Assembly (NCBI GenBank): GCA_964016885.1
Contig: OZ024745.1
Span: forward strand, 118,482,001-118,546,000
Source: Eledone cirrhosa
Lineage: Eukaryota
Direction of reading: 5' to 3'
Length of the DNA: 64,000 nucleotides
This document shows, one piece after another, positions 1-11,974 of this stretch. Under the pieces are notes generated by a model. That model worked only from the letters and a program-made list of their open reading frames with translations, did no database searches and had not been told where the DNA came from. How positions within the stretch are numbered: the stretch's first letter is position 1; every line of letters starts with the position of its first letter. The translations under genes were made by a program, and so were the position numbers.

Positions 1-497
1 TTTCGCCATGGCCACCAGACAGATAAAAACTGCCTGCCCTTCCCAACTAAAGGAATAGGGCAGGGCAATCCTCACGATGGACTCAGCTGATAGCCGGATC
101 CGTTCTACATGCGACAGCAGGTGTTCGACATAAACCCACAAGTCAGCAATGCTCGGACACTGGACGAGTCCGTGCAGGACGGTTTCGTCGCCCTGCGCGC
201 ATCTCGGACATGTCTGGCTGATGGCACTTCCATGCCTGTAGAGTTTATCCCGAACTGGCAAAGCTCCTCGGTAGCACTGCTAAGCCAGGGATTTCTGGAA
301 ATTGTCCATAGGCCCCGGCCCGAAAGTTCTTCCGAAAAGATTGGCTAGTTGATTTTCGTCGATGCCTAGAGTTTCCCCAAGTACGTCGTCGCTCTTCCCC
401 TCCACTAATCCTCTATAGAACGCCAAGGTGGAGTTTCCACCGATCACATTGCCCGACTGGTCGAGGGCTGTGAGTGCCTGAAGACATTCCGGTCTCC
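1..497 (-). mobile_element. Tx1/L1-clade LINE fragment (C-terminal zinc-knuckle region of ORF2)
   Basis: Colinear with about 34275-34760. The minus strand encodes CPRCAQGDETVLHGLVQC (CCHC knuckle) and PVRDKLYRHG, typical of L1/Tx1 ORF2 C-termini. Runs off the window edge. Confidence 0.85.
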
Positions 498-1012
498 ATA
501 TAATAATAAATATAAAAATATAATTATAATTATCAACATATACAATCCATAATGGTGAAAGATTGTAAATCTATGCAATTAAGTAAAACTAGGAAAACTT
601 CACATGTGTGTGGTTGGTGTATGGAGGAGTAAAATCAATATATACCACATAAAATAAAAAAGGAACAATAAAAATAAAATCAATCAAGATGGGGAGTGCT
701 AATTATTGTCATGATCAAACAGTTATCATAATAAATGTTTACCACTCCACTCAATCTCCACGCTAGCTGCTACAACAATTCTCACCAGTGTCTTCATCGG
801 CAGCAATCTTTCTGTTTCATTATTAAACAATATTATTGTCACCAACTCTGCTACAATCTGCTAATCTCTTCCCGGTTCCTTCTCACCACTTTTACCATTA
901 CCAGTGTCATGAGCAGAATGAAAACAATTCTTATCATTCCCATAATCATCAATACCTAGAATCATTGTCATCACCTTCCACTATCCTCATAAATCTCCAT
1001 CGTTAATTCCTA

Positions 1013-1018
1013 TTCATC

Positions 1019-1104
<86 letters not shown>
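1013..1104. repeat. (CAT)n microsatellite
   Basis: About 30 perfect CAT units. Confidence 0.98.
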
Positions 1105-1199
1105 TCCACTCCTCCTCCCCATTCCTCCTCTTATCTTTGTAACCATCATTTTTTTGTTATCATCAAAGCTGTCATCATAACTCCCATATTGTGTCATTG

Positions 1200-1380
1200 A
1201 CTGAGTACCGAGATCTGTCGTTTGGTGGTCCAGAAAGAAACCGGATCTAGATTGTCAGAGCAGTACCAGCTATGTACAGAAATGTTAGTAAAGTGAGAGT
1301 AGTTAATTAGTTAAGTGAAGAATATGCAGGTAGGTGCTTGTCAAGTCTCTGTCCTCAGCCCATACCTCTTTATCATATTT
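1200..1380 (+). mobile_element. Degenerate RTE LINE reverse-transcriptase fragment
   Basis: gttagtaaagtgagag...tcctcagcccatacctctttatcata aligns with the RTE RT segment at about 57085-57185. Confidence 0.6.
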
Positions 1381-1462
1381 AATCTATTTGCATTGCAGTA
1401 GCCATCTAAAAAGAAACTATAATGCATCAGGTAAACTACAACACACACACACACACACACAC

Positions 1463-1585
1463 GAAAGCACACGGCTGAGTGGTTAGAGAATTGGATTCAC
1501 AATTGTGAGGTTGTGATTTCGATTCCCACAGCGGGCGATGTGTTATGTCCTTGAGCAAGACACTTTATTTCACATTGCTCCTTCT
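1463..1585 (+). mobile_element. SINE family B, 5' part (tRNA-like head plus CORE-like segment)
   Basis: A-box-like ggctgagtggttag, B-box-like ttcgattccc, then tccttgagcaagacactttatttcaca shared with 2599-2938. Confidence 0.75.
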
Positions 1586-1772
1586 GGCTAGATTTGCGAC
1601 CAACAGATAATATTATATTATATATATATAGGAGTGCCCCATTGTACCAGTCATTTGCTGTACAAACTGAGGTTCGTGTGAATTTTTGTCTTGTAGTACA
1701 AGTGGAAATCTGCCGTACGAGCGAGTTTCATACAAGCAATCACTACACGACACCGAGTTTACACATATAATT

Positions 1773-2330
1773 CATCATCATCATCATCATCATCGTTTAA
1801 CGTCCATGTTCCATGCTTGCATGGGTTTGGACAGGAGTTTTCCCACTTGAGGCAAGAGTGGTTGTCTTGCTTGCATAGGACTGTCTGGCGGGTTTTCTAC
1901 AGCTGGATGCCCTTCCTAACACCAACCACATTTACAGTGTGGGACTTGGAGGTTTTTACCATGTTGCCTACACGGCCACATTACAGCGTGGACTGTGTGT
2001 TTTTTTGTCGTGACACCTACACGATCTCATTTGTTTCGGCCTGGATGTTGTGACACCGACATAACTTTACATTGAAAGGGGCGGTGTGGATGGAGTGGGG
2101 GTGGTGGGACAGGGGCGTTCTTTGTTAGAGATGCCTACTGACTGTAGTAGGTTTTACTTTGTATTTAGGTAAGGCGGGTCTTCTCTATTACTGAGTACCG
2201 CCAAAGATCTCGGTCCAGTGACATTGTCTTGGAGAGGTGTAAGTGTGAGAGATCGGAATTTATCAGGTCGTCCCAGGTTTTTCTGGGTCTGCCTACTCCG
2301 TGGCTACCGTCTATCTTTATTGCCCTGCAC
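1773..2330 (-). mobile_element. SINE/non-autonomous element with RTE-type 3' tail (family C)
   Basis: (CAT)n followed by gtttaacgtccatgttccatgcttgcatggg (reverse of the RTE tail), then the cagctggatgcccttcctaacaccaacc core. Confidence 0.7.
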
Positions 2331-2598
2331 TTTTTTATACAGCTGTCGTAATTAAATTAATAAAACCGGTTTACATATTTCTTTTGCCTTCTCTATTATG
2401 TTTTTAGAATTGTCATTTTCCTTGTAACTGCACCTTTTGTAAAAATGATTTTAGCGATCTGCAACAGATTATTTATATTTTAATTACCTTCAATGGGGAA
2501 AACTGATTTGTAAAATGAGTAAATTGTAAAATGAGCTCAGTCATGAAATGAATTAAACTCGTACTGCAAGGTATCACTGTGTGTGTGTGTGTGTGTGT

Positions 2599-2938
2599 GG
2601 AGGCACATGGCTTAGTGGTTAGAGCATTGGCCTTGCAATCGAAAGGTTGTGAGTTCAATTCTCAGACCGGGTGATGTGTTGTTTCCTTGAGCAAGACACT
2701 TTATTTCACATTGCTCCAGTTTACTCAGCTGTAGAAATAAGATGATAGGGACTGGGGTCCATATCATTCCACTGTAGAGTGGTCGTGGAGGTGCCACAGC
2801 AAAAAAGCACCCAGCACTCACTGTAAATGAGGTTGGTGTTAGGAAGGGCATCCAGCTGTAGAAATCAAGCCAGAATCAGTTCCCGTCCCACCCTTGCAAG
2901 CAGGAAAAAGCGGACGTAAAATGAAATGATGATGATGA
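2599..2938 (+). mobile_element. SINE family B, full length (tRNA head, CORE-like segment, RTE tail)
   Basis: A box tggcttagtgg, B box gagttcaattc. Near-identical copies at 15601, 26785 (-) and 58967. The 3' end cccgtcccacccttgcaagcagg...gacgtaaaatga(tga)n matches the RTE LINE ends at about 6895 and 44290. Confidence 0.9.
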
Positions 2939-2959
2939 TATATATATATATATATTTAT

Positions 2960-3229
2960 TCAATCCAGGGCCTTTTCACTCCAACCAGAGGAACCCCTCC
3001 CTGATTGACCTCCACCATTTTCTGTTTTAGTTTTGGTCACGTCAGGGGTGTAACTGTATTCACCACGCTTGGCCAATTGTGGATTGGTACGGTTATTTCA
3101 ACCATAGCTGGGTAAACTGGAACAACGTGAAATAAAGTGTTTTGCTCAAGAACACCACGCAAAGCCCGGTCTGAGAATCAAACTCACAACCTCAGGATTC
3201 TAAGCTCGACACTCGAACCACTAAGCCAT
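2960..3229 (-). mobile_element. SINE with family-B-like head and a different 3' body
   Basis: Reversed tggcttagtgg...gagtttgattctcagaccggg head and CORE-like segment. The 3' body is also seen at 5430-5560. Confidence 0.7.
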
Positions 3230-3249
3230 ATATATATATAAATATCAAA

Positions 3250-3790
3250 AGAGGGCAGAAGACAAATGAAAAGAACATTGCTCTGTTGGTTGTATAAGGT
3301 TAATGTGCATGAATGACAAAGCATGGTTGAGTTATGAGAAAAGCTGAGTGTAAAAAGCATCAGATACAGAGTGCAGGTTAGCCAATTACATTGATAAGGA
3401 CATATGACACATAAAACATGATCATTGGGTGAAGATGTACAAGGAGCTGTAGTAGTGGAACATTGAGAAAGACCTGGGCAAAGGTGGTGAGAGCTGATTT
3501 CAAAGGAGATGACAAAGGAATACAACAAGTGAAGACTGGACCAATCCATGCAAGCATGGAAAAACAGACATAAAATAATTGTTTCTACTTTTGGCACAAG
3601 GCCAGCAATTACCCGTGTATTACTGGTGCTTTATTTTATCAAACCCTGTAAGGATGAAAGGCAAAGTTAACCTTGGTGGGATTTGACCCCCAAAACGTAA
3701 AGGGCCATAACTCTACGCTGCAAAGCATGGCGTATGACCCTCTACCAATACTGCCAATCCACCACCAAGCAGACATAAAATAATGATAAT
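3250..3790 (+). mobile_element. Degenerate RTE LINE 3' fragment, interrupted by a SINE
   Basis: Similar to the RTE 3' ends at 6640-6960 and 43700-44145. It carries the ccatgcaagcatgg tail. Confidence 0.7.
3580..3769 (-). mobile_element. SINE family A with target-site duplication
   Basis: Reverse of the 17818-18018 copy. TSD cagacataaaataat at 3565-3579 and 3770-3784. Confidence 0.88.
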
Positions 3791-3949
3791 CTGAGTTACA
3801 TTAACTTGAGCATCAAGATAAAATGACAATATAAGATCTCAAACTGTCAGCTCATGTTATACATTTTGTTCTAGATCTGCTGCAGTTTCATTTTATCACT
3901 AGAGTGAGAGAGAGAGAGATATGTATTTACACAATTCTACAACCTTATA

Positions 3950-4140
3950 GAAATGGGGAAGCTGCTACCTGGTTGTATGACATCCTATAAATAGCAACCA
4001 AATCTTCCTCAAATCACACCAACGTATCTATGATTAGATTAAGCAATGTAATAATACACATACAAGAAGACTGGATGGGACTGACTATAATGTCTTAGAA
4101 CATAGTCTGTCTAATTGCAGCTGTCTTAGGGTTAAATAAT
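3950..4140. repeat. Old interspersed repeat family (ggtgtgatttgagg...gctattt motif)
   Basis: Diverged relatives at about 17120-17280, 27990-28160, 38780-39000 and 41540-41680. Class undetermined. Confidence 0.5.
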
Positions 4141-4282
4141 ACCACCAAAAACTCCCTAGCTGGTGGGAACAACAAGAGGGAATCGGGGAGTGTTTTATCT
4201 CCATGTAATAAACTGCTATCCTATTCAAGAGTTGCTGCTGTTATCATCTGCTTCACAATCCCTACCAAGTCATGAGCTAAGC

Positions 4283-4548
4283 ACTGACACTATAAACCCT
4301 CCAATGGAGGAACTGACACTATAAACCCTGTAATGGAGGAACTGACACTATAAACCCTTCAATGGAGACACTGACATTATAAACCCTCCAATGGAGGAAC
4401 TGATATTATAAACTCTCTAATGGAGGAACTGACACTATAAACCCTCCAATGGAGACACTGACATTATAAACCCTCCAATGGAGACACTGACATTATAAAC
4501 CCTCCAATGGAGACACTGACATTATAAACCCTCCAATGGAGACACTGA
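4283..4548. repeat. 29-bp minisatellite, about 9 copies
   Basis: Unit ACTGACACTATAAACCCTCCAATGGAGGA; the first two units start at 4283 and 4312. Confidence 0.95.
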
Positions 4549-4874
4549 TCAGTATTAAGTAGACCCATGTATTTTCATTTTCAACATTTGGTAATGTAAA
4601 GTTTCCACCAGAGAAAGTAGTCTGGTCATCTTTTCAGATTTCTAATGTCATAAATATCAGCAAGCATCTTACCAGAAGACAGGATTCCAAGCAAACATCT
4701 TTATTGGATCAGCAACATTGAATTCCTGACAATCAGTTGTCATATTTGAAGCTAAAATCACATGAAATAAGCGGCAACTTTAATTCTTAAGTTCGTAAAT
4801 CAATCATTAAGAGCTCTAAACGCAATAAATTTGTAGAAAATTATGCAAATCTTGAAATGAAAAAAAATCTCAAT

Positions 4875-4906
4875 ATGATAATGATGATGGTGGTGACGAC
4901 AGCAAC

Positions 4907-4955
<49 letters not shown>

Positions 4956-4979
4956 GTGATGGCGATGGCGATGGCGAGG

Positions 4980-5028
<49 letters not shown>

Positions 5029-5030
5029 CA
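4875..5030. repeat. (GAT)n microsatellite, interrupted
   Basis: Direct reading. Confidence 0.95.
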
Positions 5031-5564
5031 ACAACGATAAAAATTGGAACAGCAAAATAATAATAATGGTGACAATTTGTCATAAAGCTTTTATAAAGGC
5101 TGCATTTGAATATTCAAATTTGAAGATTATGTGATTGGAAAGATGTGATGATTGCTGGCTGATGAGAATTTTAGCATATAAAGTAAAGAGCAGCAAGATG
5201 TAAAAAAAAAAAAGAGAAACTACAACCGAAGCAAGATAGCAAAGGAGGCAGAAATTAGTAATTAAGAAGAGTCCTGCATGGGCAATAGCTAGAGAAGATC
5301 TGCTTCAGAATATTTGTACCGATCATATTCTAATAATGGCTTCTGAGATATGAATAAAGAAATAATGCAAAATTGCAGTGGATGTTAGTGGAATGTAGCG
5401 AATGGAAATATAATTACATGAGTGATGGTGGTTATTTTTCCTGTAGGGGGAACCCCTCTCTGGTTGACCTCCACCGCTTTCTGTTTGGTTCTGATTATGT
5501 CAGGGTCAGGAGTGTAACCATAGTCACCACACTTGGCCAATTGTGGGTCAGTGTGGCTATTTAA

Positions 5565-5785
5565 CCCTTCAGCATTTAAACCAACCATATCTGGCCAGAA
5601 TTCTTTCACCTCTTTCTCTTCAAACCAACAGTAACCAGCTGCTCATACTTATGTTAAGGTATTGTTCTCAAAATACATAATATCAAAATCTCATAGCTTC
5701 GATACTATGTGAGATAATTATGTGAGGTAAAGCCTTTACCATCAAAATACAATAGTATATATAGAGTTATGTAAATGCTAAAGGG
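5565..5785 (+). mobile_element. piggyBac-type MITE (family M1), TTAA TSD
   Basis: TTAA|CCCTTCAGCATTTA ... TAAATGCTAAAGGG|TTAA. Non-coding interior shared with at least six other copies. Confidence 0.88.
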
Positions 5786-5809
5786 TTAACCTATAGTTAG
5801 GGTGGATAG

Positions 5810-5985
5810 CTGTTGACTCTGAAGAGTTTATCCACCCTTTTAACAGCTCTTATTTTTTGTGCTGCTGGGGTTCCACTTACTCTCCTCACCAGACCAGTGT
5901 CTGGTGAGGGAGTCAGTTTAATCACTAACCAGTCAGCCATGACGTAGATAGTACTGGGTTACATGGTACCAGTAGCAGGCAGAAG
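5810..5985 (-). mobile_element. Interspersed repeat, probable LINE (RTE-like) 5' UTR fragment
   Basis: Diverged match to about 19430-19600 (ctcctcacca...gtactggg.tacatg.taccagtagca). The clade assignment is tentative. Confidence 0.45.
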
Positions 5986-6148
5986 TGCAAATGTATCTAG
6001 AACTACCTCATCCAATATGTCCTTCATACTGATGTTGGTTAGCCATGTCAGCTCTAATCAAGCTGAACGATGATCAAAGATGTTCTAGCTGTGATCATCC
6101 AATCTTTTTTCAGTGTAGCTAAGATGTACTCATACAAGGTCTCCTTAA

Positions 6149-6356
6149 CCCTTTACCATTTACATTACTCTATATATACTATTATATTTTCATGGTAAAG
6201 GCTTTACCTCACATAATACTGAATCTATGAGATTTTGATACTATTTATTTTGAGAACAATACCTTAACATAAGTATGAGCAGCCGATTATGGCTGATTTA
6301 AGCAGAAAGAGGCAAGAGAATTCAGGCCAGATACGGCCGGTTTAAATGTTAAAGGG
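6149..6356 (-). mobile_element. piggyBac-type MITE (M1), opposite orientation
   Basis: TTAA|CCCTTTACCATTTACA ... TTAAATGTTAAAGGG|TTAA. Confidence 0.88.
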
Positions 6357-6639
6357 TTAAATTTAAAGGATATTTGGTTGTTATTTCTAGCTAGTAAAGT
6401 AATGAGAGAAGCTCTCAAATTATACTTCAATTTTAGCCAAAAAGCTGAGAAGCAACTGACAGTGGCTAGTAAAAGCTTATTCATTCTCATTAATTTTGTA
6501 ACTATAAATGTGGAATCACCACCACCATCTGATAGTGTGTATAATTTCCAGTGTCTGTGTTTGGGTCTGATTTCATGGCATTAAGATGTTTTTTTCAAAG
6601 TGTTTTCATTTATCTAGAAAACTCTTATCATAATTTTAA

Positions 6640-6958
6640 GTATGCTCTGTGTATAAGAAGTATAAGCTGTAGTGTGAGGGAGAGAAGACTGCATTGATAT
6701 GGACATGTGATGCGCATGGAAGAAGACCACTGGTTAAAGAAGTGCCAAGAAATCCCAGTAGAAGGAAGACGCAGTAGAGGAAGACCATGAAAATCATGGG
6801 CGGAGGTGGTGAGAGCTAACCTCAGATCGCTGAAGCTCACAGAGAAGATGACGAAGGACTGTGACGAATAGAGAGATGCTGTGCTAAATAGGACCCGTCC
6901 CACACTTGCAAGCAGGGAAAAGCGATGTAAAATGATGATGATGATGATGATGATGATG
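6640..6958 (+). mobile_element. RTE LINE 3' fragment
   Basis: Encodes RERRLH*YGHVMRMEEDHWLKKCQEIPVEGRRSRGRP and ends in a (GAT)n tail. Confidence 0.88.
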
Positions 6959-7254
6959 CTCTAAATACCAGATAAATATTAAAAGTGATTAAATCCTTTG
7001 ATATCTTTGATTAATTACAAAATTAAGTGTCTTCATTACATATATGATAATGAAATGGTTAAGCAGATGAGAGATAAATCTTCTCTTGGATACAATGCTG
7101 TTCATTCTCTTGTAACATTCACAAGTGATCTCTACTTATTCTGAACGGGCTATGTCGTGCGTGTGTGGGGGGGGGGGGAGTGGCAGTGTGTGGGAGTATG
7201 TGTGTGTGAGTGTGTCTGTTTGTCTGTCTGTCTGTGTGTGTGTGTGCGCGCATA

Positions 7255-7400
7255 TAGTGAAGGCAAGTGACCTAGTGGTTAAATTGTTCAGCCCACAATC
7301 ATAAGAACATAAGTTTGATTCTTGGTGATCCATCGCATCCTTAAGCAAAACACCTTATTCCATGTTGTCCAGTCCATTCTGCTGAAAAAACTGAGTTGTA
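7255..7400 (+). mobile_element. Diverged family-B-like SINE
   Basis: Degenerate A/B boxes followed by tccttaagcaaaacacc. Confidence 0.55.
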
Positions 7401-7590
7401 ACATCAACACTACACCATCAACAACAAAACTATACCACCACCACCACCATCACAATAGCATCAATCTCATAAGTCAGGAAGGCCTGCTAAAGTCATAGGT
7501 ATATCTCCTTCCTCCAGACCTAGCAAAAAATGGTACAAAAATCACAAATTGAAGTGAATTAAAAGTATATGAAAAGTATACTGTTTCATA

Positions 7591-7635
<45 letters not shown>

Positions 7636-7983
7636 GAGATAGCTAGATAGGAAGAGAGAGGGGGGAGTTTGATATTACATGTGTTTCCCCAGTGCACTAT
7701 CACTTGTCACATGCATGATAAATTATCTAAACGACATCTGCGGGTAACGAAAATGCTCTAAAGTTTTTAGGGAGGATGGAGATAAAAAAGAGAAAGAGAA
7801 ATACATAGCTATAGAAAGAGATAGCATTCAATATGACAACAGCAGAGCCTCTGATGAAAAGATAGAGGATGAGAAAGTGGAGTATATATAGACAACAGAA
7901 ATAGATAGCAATAGAAAGAGAGAGAAAGGAGACACACACAAACTTTTAGAAAAATATATATTGATTGATATATATATAAATAT

Positions 7984-8025
<42 letters not shown>

Positions 8026-8287
8026 CCCCTACACACACATGTGTGCATGCATGTATACATACATATTACTATTATTGATATACAGTTATGCATGTGATTA
8101 AAGAGACAGGAGTTCTGTTCCTAAGGGCACTTATCAAGCTGATAGATAAATGTTGATAAGTGTCCTTTAGCGGGAATCTCCTGGCCTTTGAATCAATGGT
8201 ACAGCTTCAAAGTTATAATAGAATATCTCTCTACCCATGTATAGAGTTTTGGTTTTCATTTACAGTCAAATATATACACACACACAC

Positions 8288-8725
<438 letters not shown>

Positions 8726-8727
<2 letters not shown>

Positions 8728-8908
8728 CATTCTACTTTTGGCACAAGGCCAGCAAATTACCCCAGTGCATTACTGGTACTTTATTTTATTGACCCGGTAA
8801 GGATGAAAGACAAAGTTAACCTCGGTGGAATTTGAACTCAGACCGTAAAGGGCCCTAACTCTGTGCTGCAAAGCATGGCTTCTGACCCTCTACCGATATG
8901 GCCAATGC
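8726..8908 (-). mobile_element. SINE family A
   Basis: Matches the reverse of 17818-18018. Confidence 0.88.
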
Positions 8909-9234
8909 CATTTGAACAGGTGGGTAGTAAAGGGTAGTAAGAGTAAGGATGACCTAACGTTTTCTAGATATGTCATGGGAAAAGATAAATTGCTTGGCAA
9001 CAAGACCAGAATAGATGATGAGAAAGGAAAGATGAGTGAACAAGAAGTATATTTATGTGCCACAAGTAGATATGGATAATAAAGAAGTTACTATTGAGTA
9101 AATAAAGCCTATATAGATCAATATGATATATCTAAAGATCATATAGATCAAACACAGAAATAAAACATCAATTATACACACCGCAATGGCTCAACATAGA
9201 TTATGGCATTTCTAATATATATATATATATATAT

Positions 9235-9417
9235 CATCATCATCATCATCATCATCATTGATTAACATCTATGTTCCATTCTAGCATGGGTTAGATCGGT
9301 TTTACATGGTTAGATCGGTTTTACAGGCAAGTTGGGTCGGGTTACCGTGTCTCACTCATATAGGAGAGTTTCCGGCTGGTTTTCTACGGATGGATGTCCT
9401 TCCTAAATGTGTGTGTA

Positions 9418-9484
<67 letters not shown>

Positions 9485-9695
9485 TGGCCATGTAGGAGAC
9501 ATGGTAAAAAGGCTCCCAATCCACACTGTAAATGTAGTTGGTGTTAGGAAGGTCGTCCAGCTGTAAAAAACCTGCTAGAGACACTTCTGTGCAAGCGAGA
9601 CACGGTCTCCCAACCATTCCCGCATCAAGTGGAACAAAACCATCTAACCCATGCTAGCATGGAAGATGGACGTTAAACAATGATGATGATGATAC
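9235..9695. mobile_element. Two family-C RTE-tailed elements in divergent orientation around a (GT)/(TA) tract
   Basis: A minus copy at 9235-9405 and a plus copy at 9483-9695, each with a tgctagcatgg-like tail and (GAT)n. Confidence 0.75.
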
Positions 9696-9730
9696 ACATA
9701 CATAAAAATACAAACAGATATACATACACA

Positions 9731-9767
<37 letters not shown>

Positions 9768-9771
<4 letters not shown>

Positions 9772-10925
9772 TTGGGGAGGGTCATATTTGTGTAATATTG
9801 CCAGAATTAATAACAGAGCACACTCACTGTTTGGTTGGTTTTCGCTTCTCTGTCTTTTATATCGGTAATCTAATTTATTCGGTCCTCAATGTTGCCATTG
9901 ACTGACCAACAGTCAAAAATACAGATGCAATATAGACACAAAAACATATATATAGTTTATCAAAGTTCTTTCGTTGTACATCTGCAACATTGACAGTGGT
10001 GCTATTGTTTCCTCCCGTTGCATTGTATTTTCTACGCCATCTTTATTTAGTCTGTTTATATATTTATTTATTTGTTTATTTTATTTTGTCTTCTTTGCGC
10101 ATGCGTTTGCGTGGGTGTATAGTGTTTTGTTTGATGTGTGTTCGTGATTGGGTGGCTGTGTATAGTACTATACGAACATGCCAGACAACAACACGACGGT
10201 AACATAGACAACATAGAAATTAGAATAATATCTAAACATAGAAATGACCCAGCAGATAGGCAAATCAGAGAGGCCAGTGAAATAGAACTTAGAAGGCCCA
10301 GGCTAAACAGAAAAAAATGAATGGAATAACAACAACACCCAAACAAACAACACTGACCTAAGAGAAGTATAAATAAATAAATAAATAGATAAATAAATAA
10401 ATAAATACATACTCAAGCACAATAACAACAAACACATATAAACACACACTAGTAAAGATAGAATACATTAACCAATACACAGTCACGCAATCACGAACAC
10501 ACATCAAACAAAACACTATACACACACGCAAACGCATGCGCAAAGAAGACAAAATAAAGTAAACAAATAAATAAATATATAAACAGACTAAATAAAGATG
10601 GCGTAGAAAATACAATGCAACGGGAGGAAACAATAGCACCACTGACGATGTTGCAGATGTGCAACGAAAGAACTTTGATAAACTATATATATGTGTTTGT
10701 GTCTATATTGTATCTGTATTATTTTTGACTGTTGGTCAGTCAATGGCAACATTGAGGACCGAATAAATTAAATTAACCGATATAAAAGACACAGAAGCGA
10801 AAACCAACCAAACAGTGAGTGTGTTCTGTTATTAATTCTGGCTATATTACACGAATATGACCCTCCCCAAGTATAACAATATTTGTTTCGACACACGATT
10901 TCATATAAAAAACCTCGCAAAACTA
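9768..10925 (+). mobile_element. Penelope-like element remnant with inverted pLTR arms
   Basis: 9768-10160 is the reverse complement of about 10480-10875. The spacer encodes HARQQHDGNIDNIEIRIISKHRNDPADRQIREASEIELRRPRLNRKK*, which fits the R-x-I-x-E-x-x-x-I-x-x-x-x-P-x-LN end of Penelope GIY-YIG endonucleases. The arm carries a hammerhead core. Confidence 0.8.
10635..10685 (+). ncRNA. Putative hammerhead ribozyme core
   Basis: CTGACGA-T-GTTGCA(GATG)TGCAAC-GAAA with a perfect 6-bp stem II. Stems I and III are weak. Confidence 0.6.
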
Positions 10926-10962
10926 TATATATATGCATATACATATATATATATACATACAC

Positions 10963-10996
<34 letters not shown>

Positions 10997-11026
10997 ACAT
11001 ACACACATATATACATACACACATAT

Positions 11027-11060
<34 letters not shown>

Positions 11061-11080
11061 ACATACACACATACATAAAA

Positions 11081-11119
<39 letters not shown>

Positions 11120-11136
11120 ACTGTGCAGTGTGTGTG

Positions 11137-11180
<44 letters not shown>

Positions 11181-11267
11181 TGTGTGTGAAAATGCACACA
11201 TGTATTTCTCCCTTTCTGTCATTTCCACAGATATGAAGCTCATTCACAGCAGGTTTTAAAAAATGTC

Positions 11268-11968
11268 TAACCCTTTGGTATTCAAAGCAGATAACACACT
11301 GTCAAAATACCACACTCTTCATCCTCTTATATAGGCAGTTATGTTTCTAGGCATCATCAGTTTTGTAATCATGTACAAACATATAAATATATCAAACACC
11401 ATTTTTATTATTGTTTAACATTTTTATTTTCTTTCTGTGTCTTTTTTAAGGAGAATTGTGTCAGTCTAACCTTTCCTTGCCATATATCTAATCAAATACA
11501 CTGTCCATGTGTTTCAATTAGTTTTGAAAATAATTAAGAATTTGAAGGATATCATAAAATAACTCACTTTCTCAATATTTAGCTGGTTTTTAAAACATAA
11601 CGAAAGGTTTTTACATAAAATTGTGATGGATTTTTTTTTAATGAACAGTTTTGTATCATAGAACCTGTGGAGGTTTAACCCCTTAGCATTTAAACTGGCC
11701 GTATCTAGTCATAATTCTCTCAACTCTTTCTGTTCAAACCGACTGTAATCAGATGCTCATACTTATGTTAAGGTATTGTTCTCAAAATAAATAATATCAA
11801 AATTTCATAGATTCTATATTATGTGAGATAATAATGTAAGATAAAGCCTTTACCATGAAAATACAAGAGTAAATATAAAGTAATGTATATGTTAAAGGGT
11901 TAAAAATGAACAGTTTTGTATCATAGAACCTGTTGAGGTTTAAGACAGTTTGGTATCAAAAGGGTCAA
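11268..11968. mobile_element. Older CCCT-ended non-autonomous DNA transposon hosting a nested MITE
   Basis: Ends taaccctttggtattc ... tggtatcaaaagggtcaa form imperfect inverted termini. Confidence 0.5.
11679..11899 (+). mobile_element. piggyBac-type MITE (M1)
   Basis: TTAA|CCCCTTAGCATTTA ... TATATGTTAAAGGG|TTAA; interior matches 5565-5785. Confidence 0.88.
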
Positions 11969-11974
11969 ATTGTT

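Noticed and set aside
1630-1765. Tigger/pogo-like terminus
   Set aside because: Only a vague resemblance, and no paired inverted end was found.
4283-4548. Telomere-like TAAACCCT motif
   Set aside because: It occurs once per 29-bp unit, not as a tandem telomeric array.
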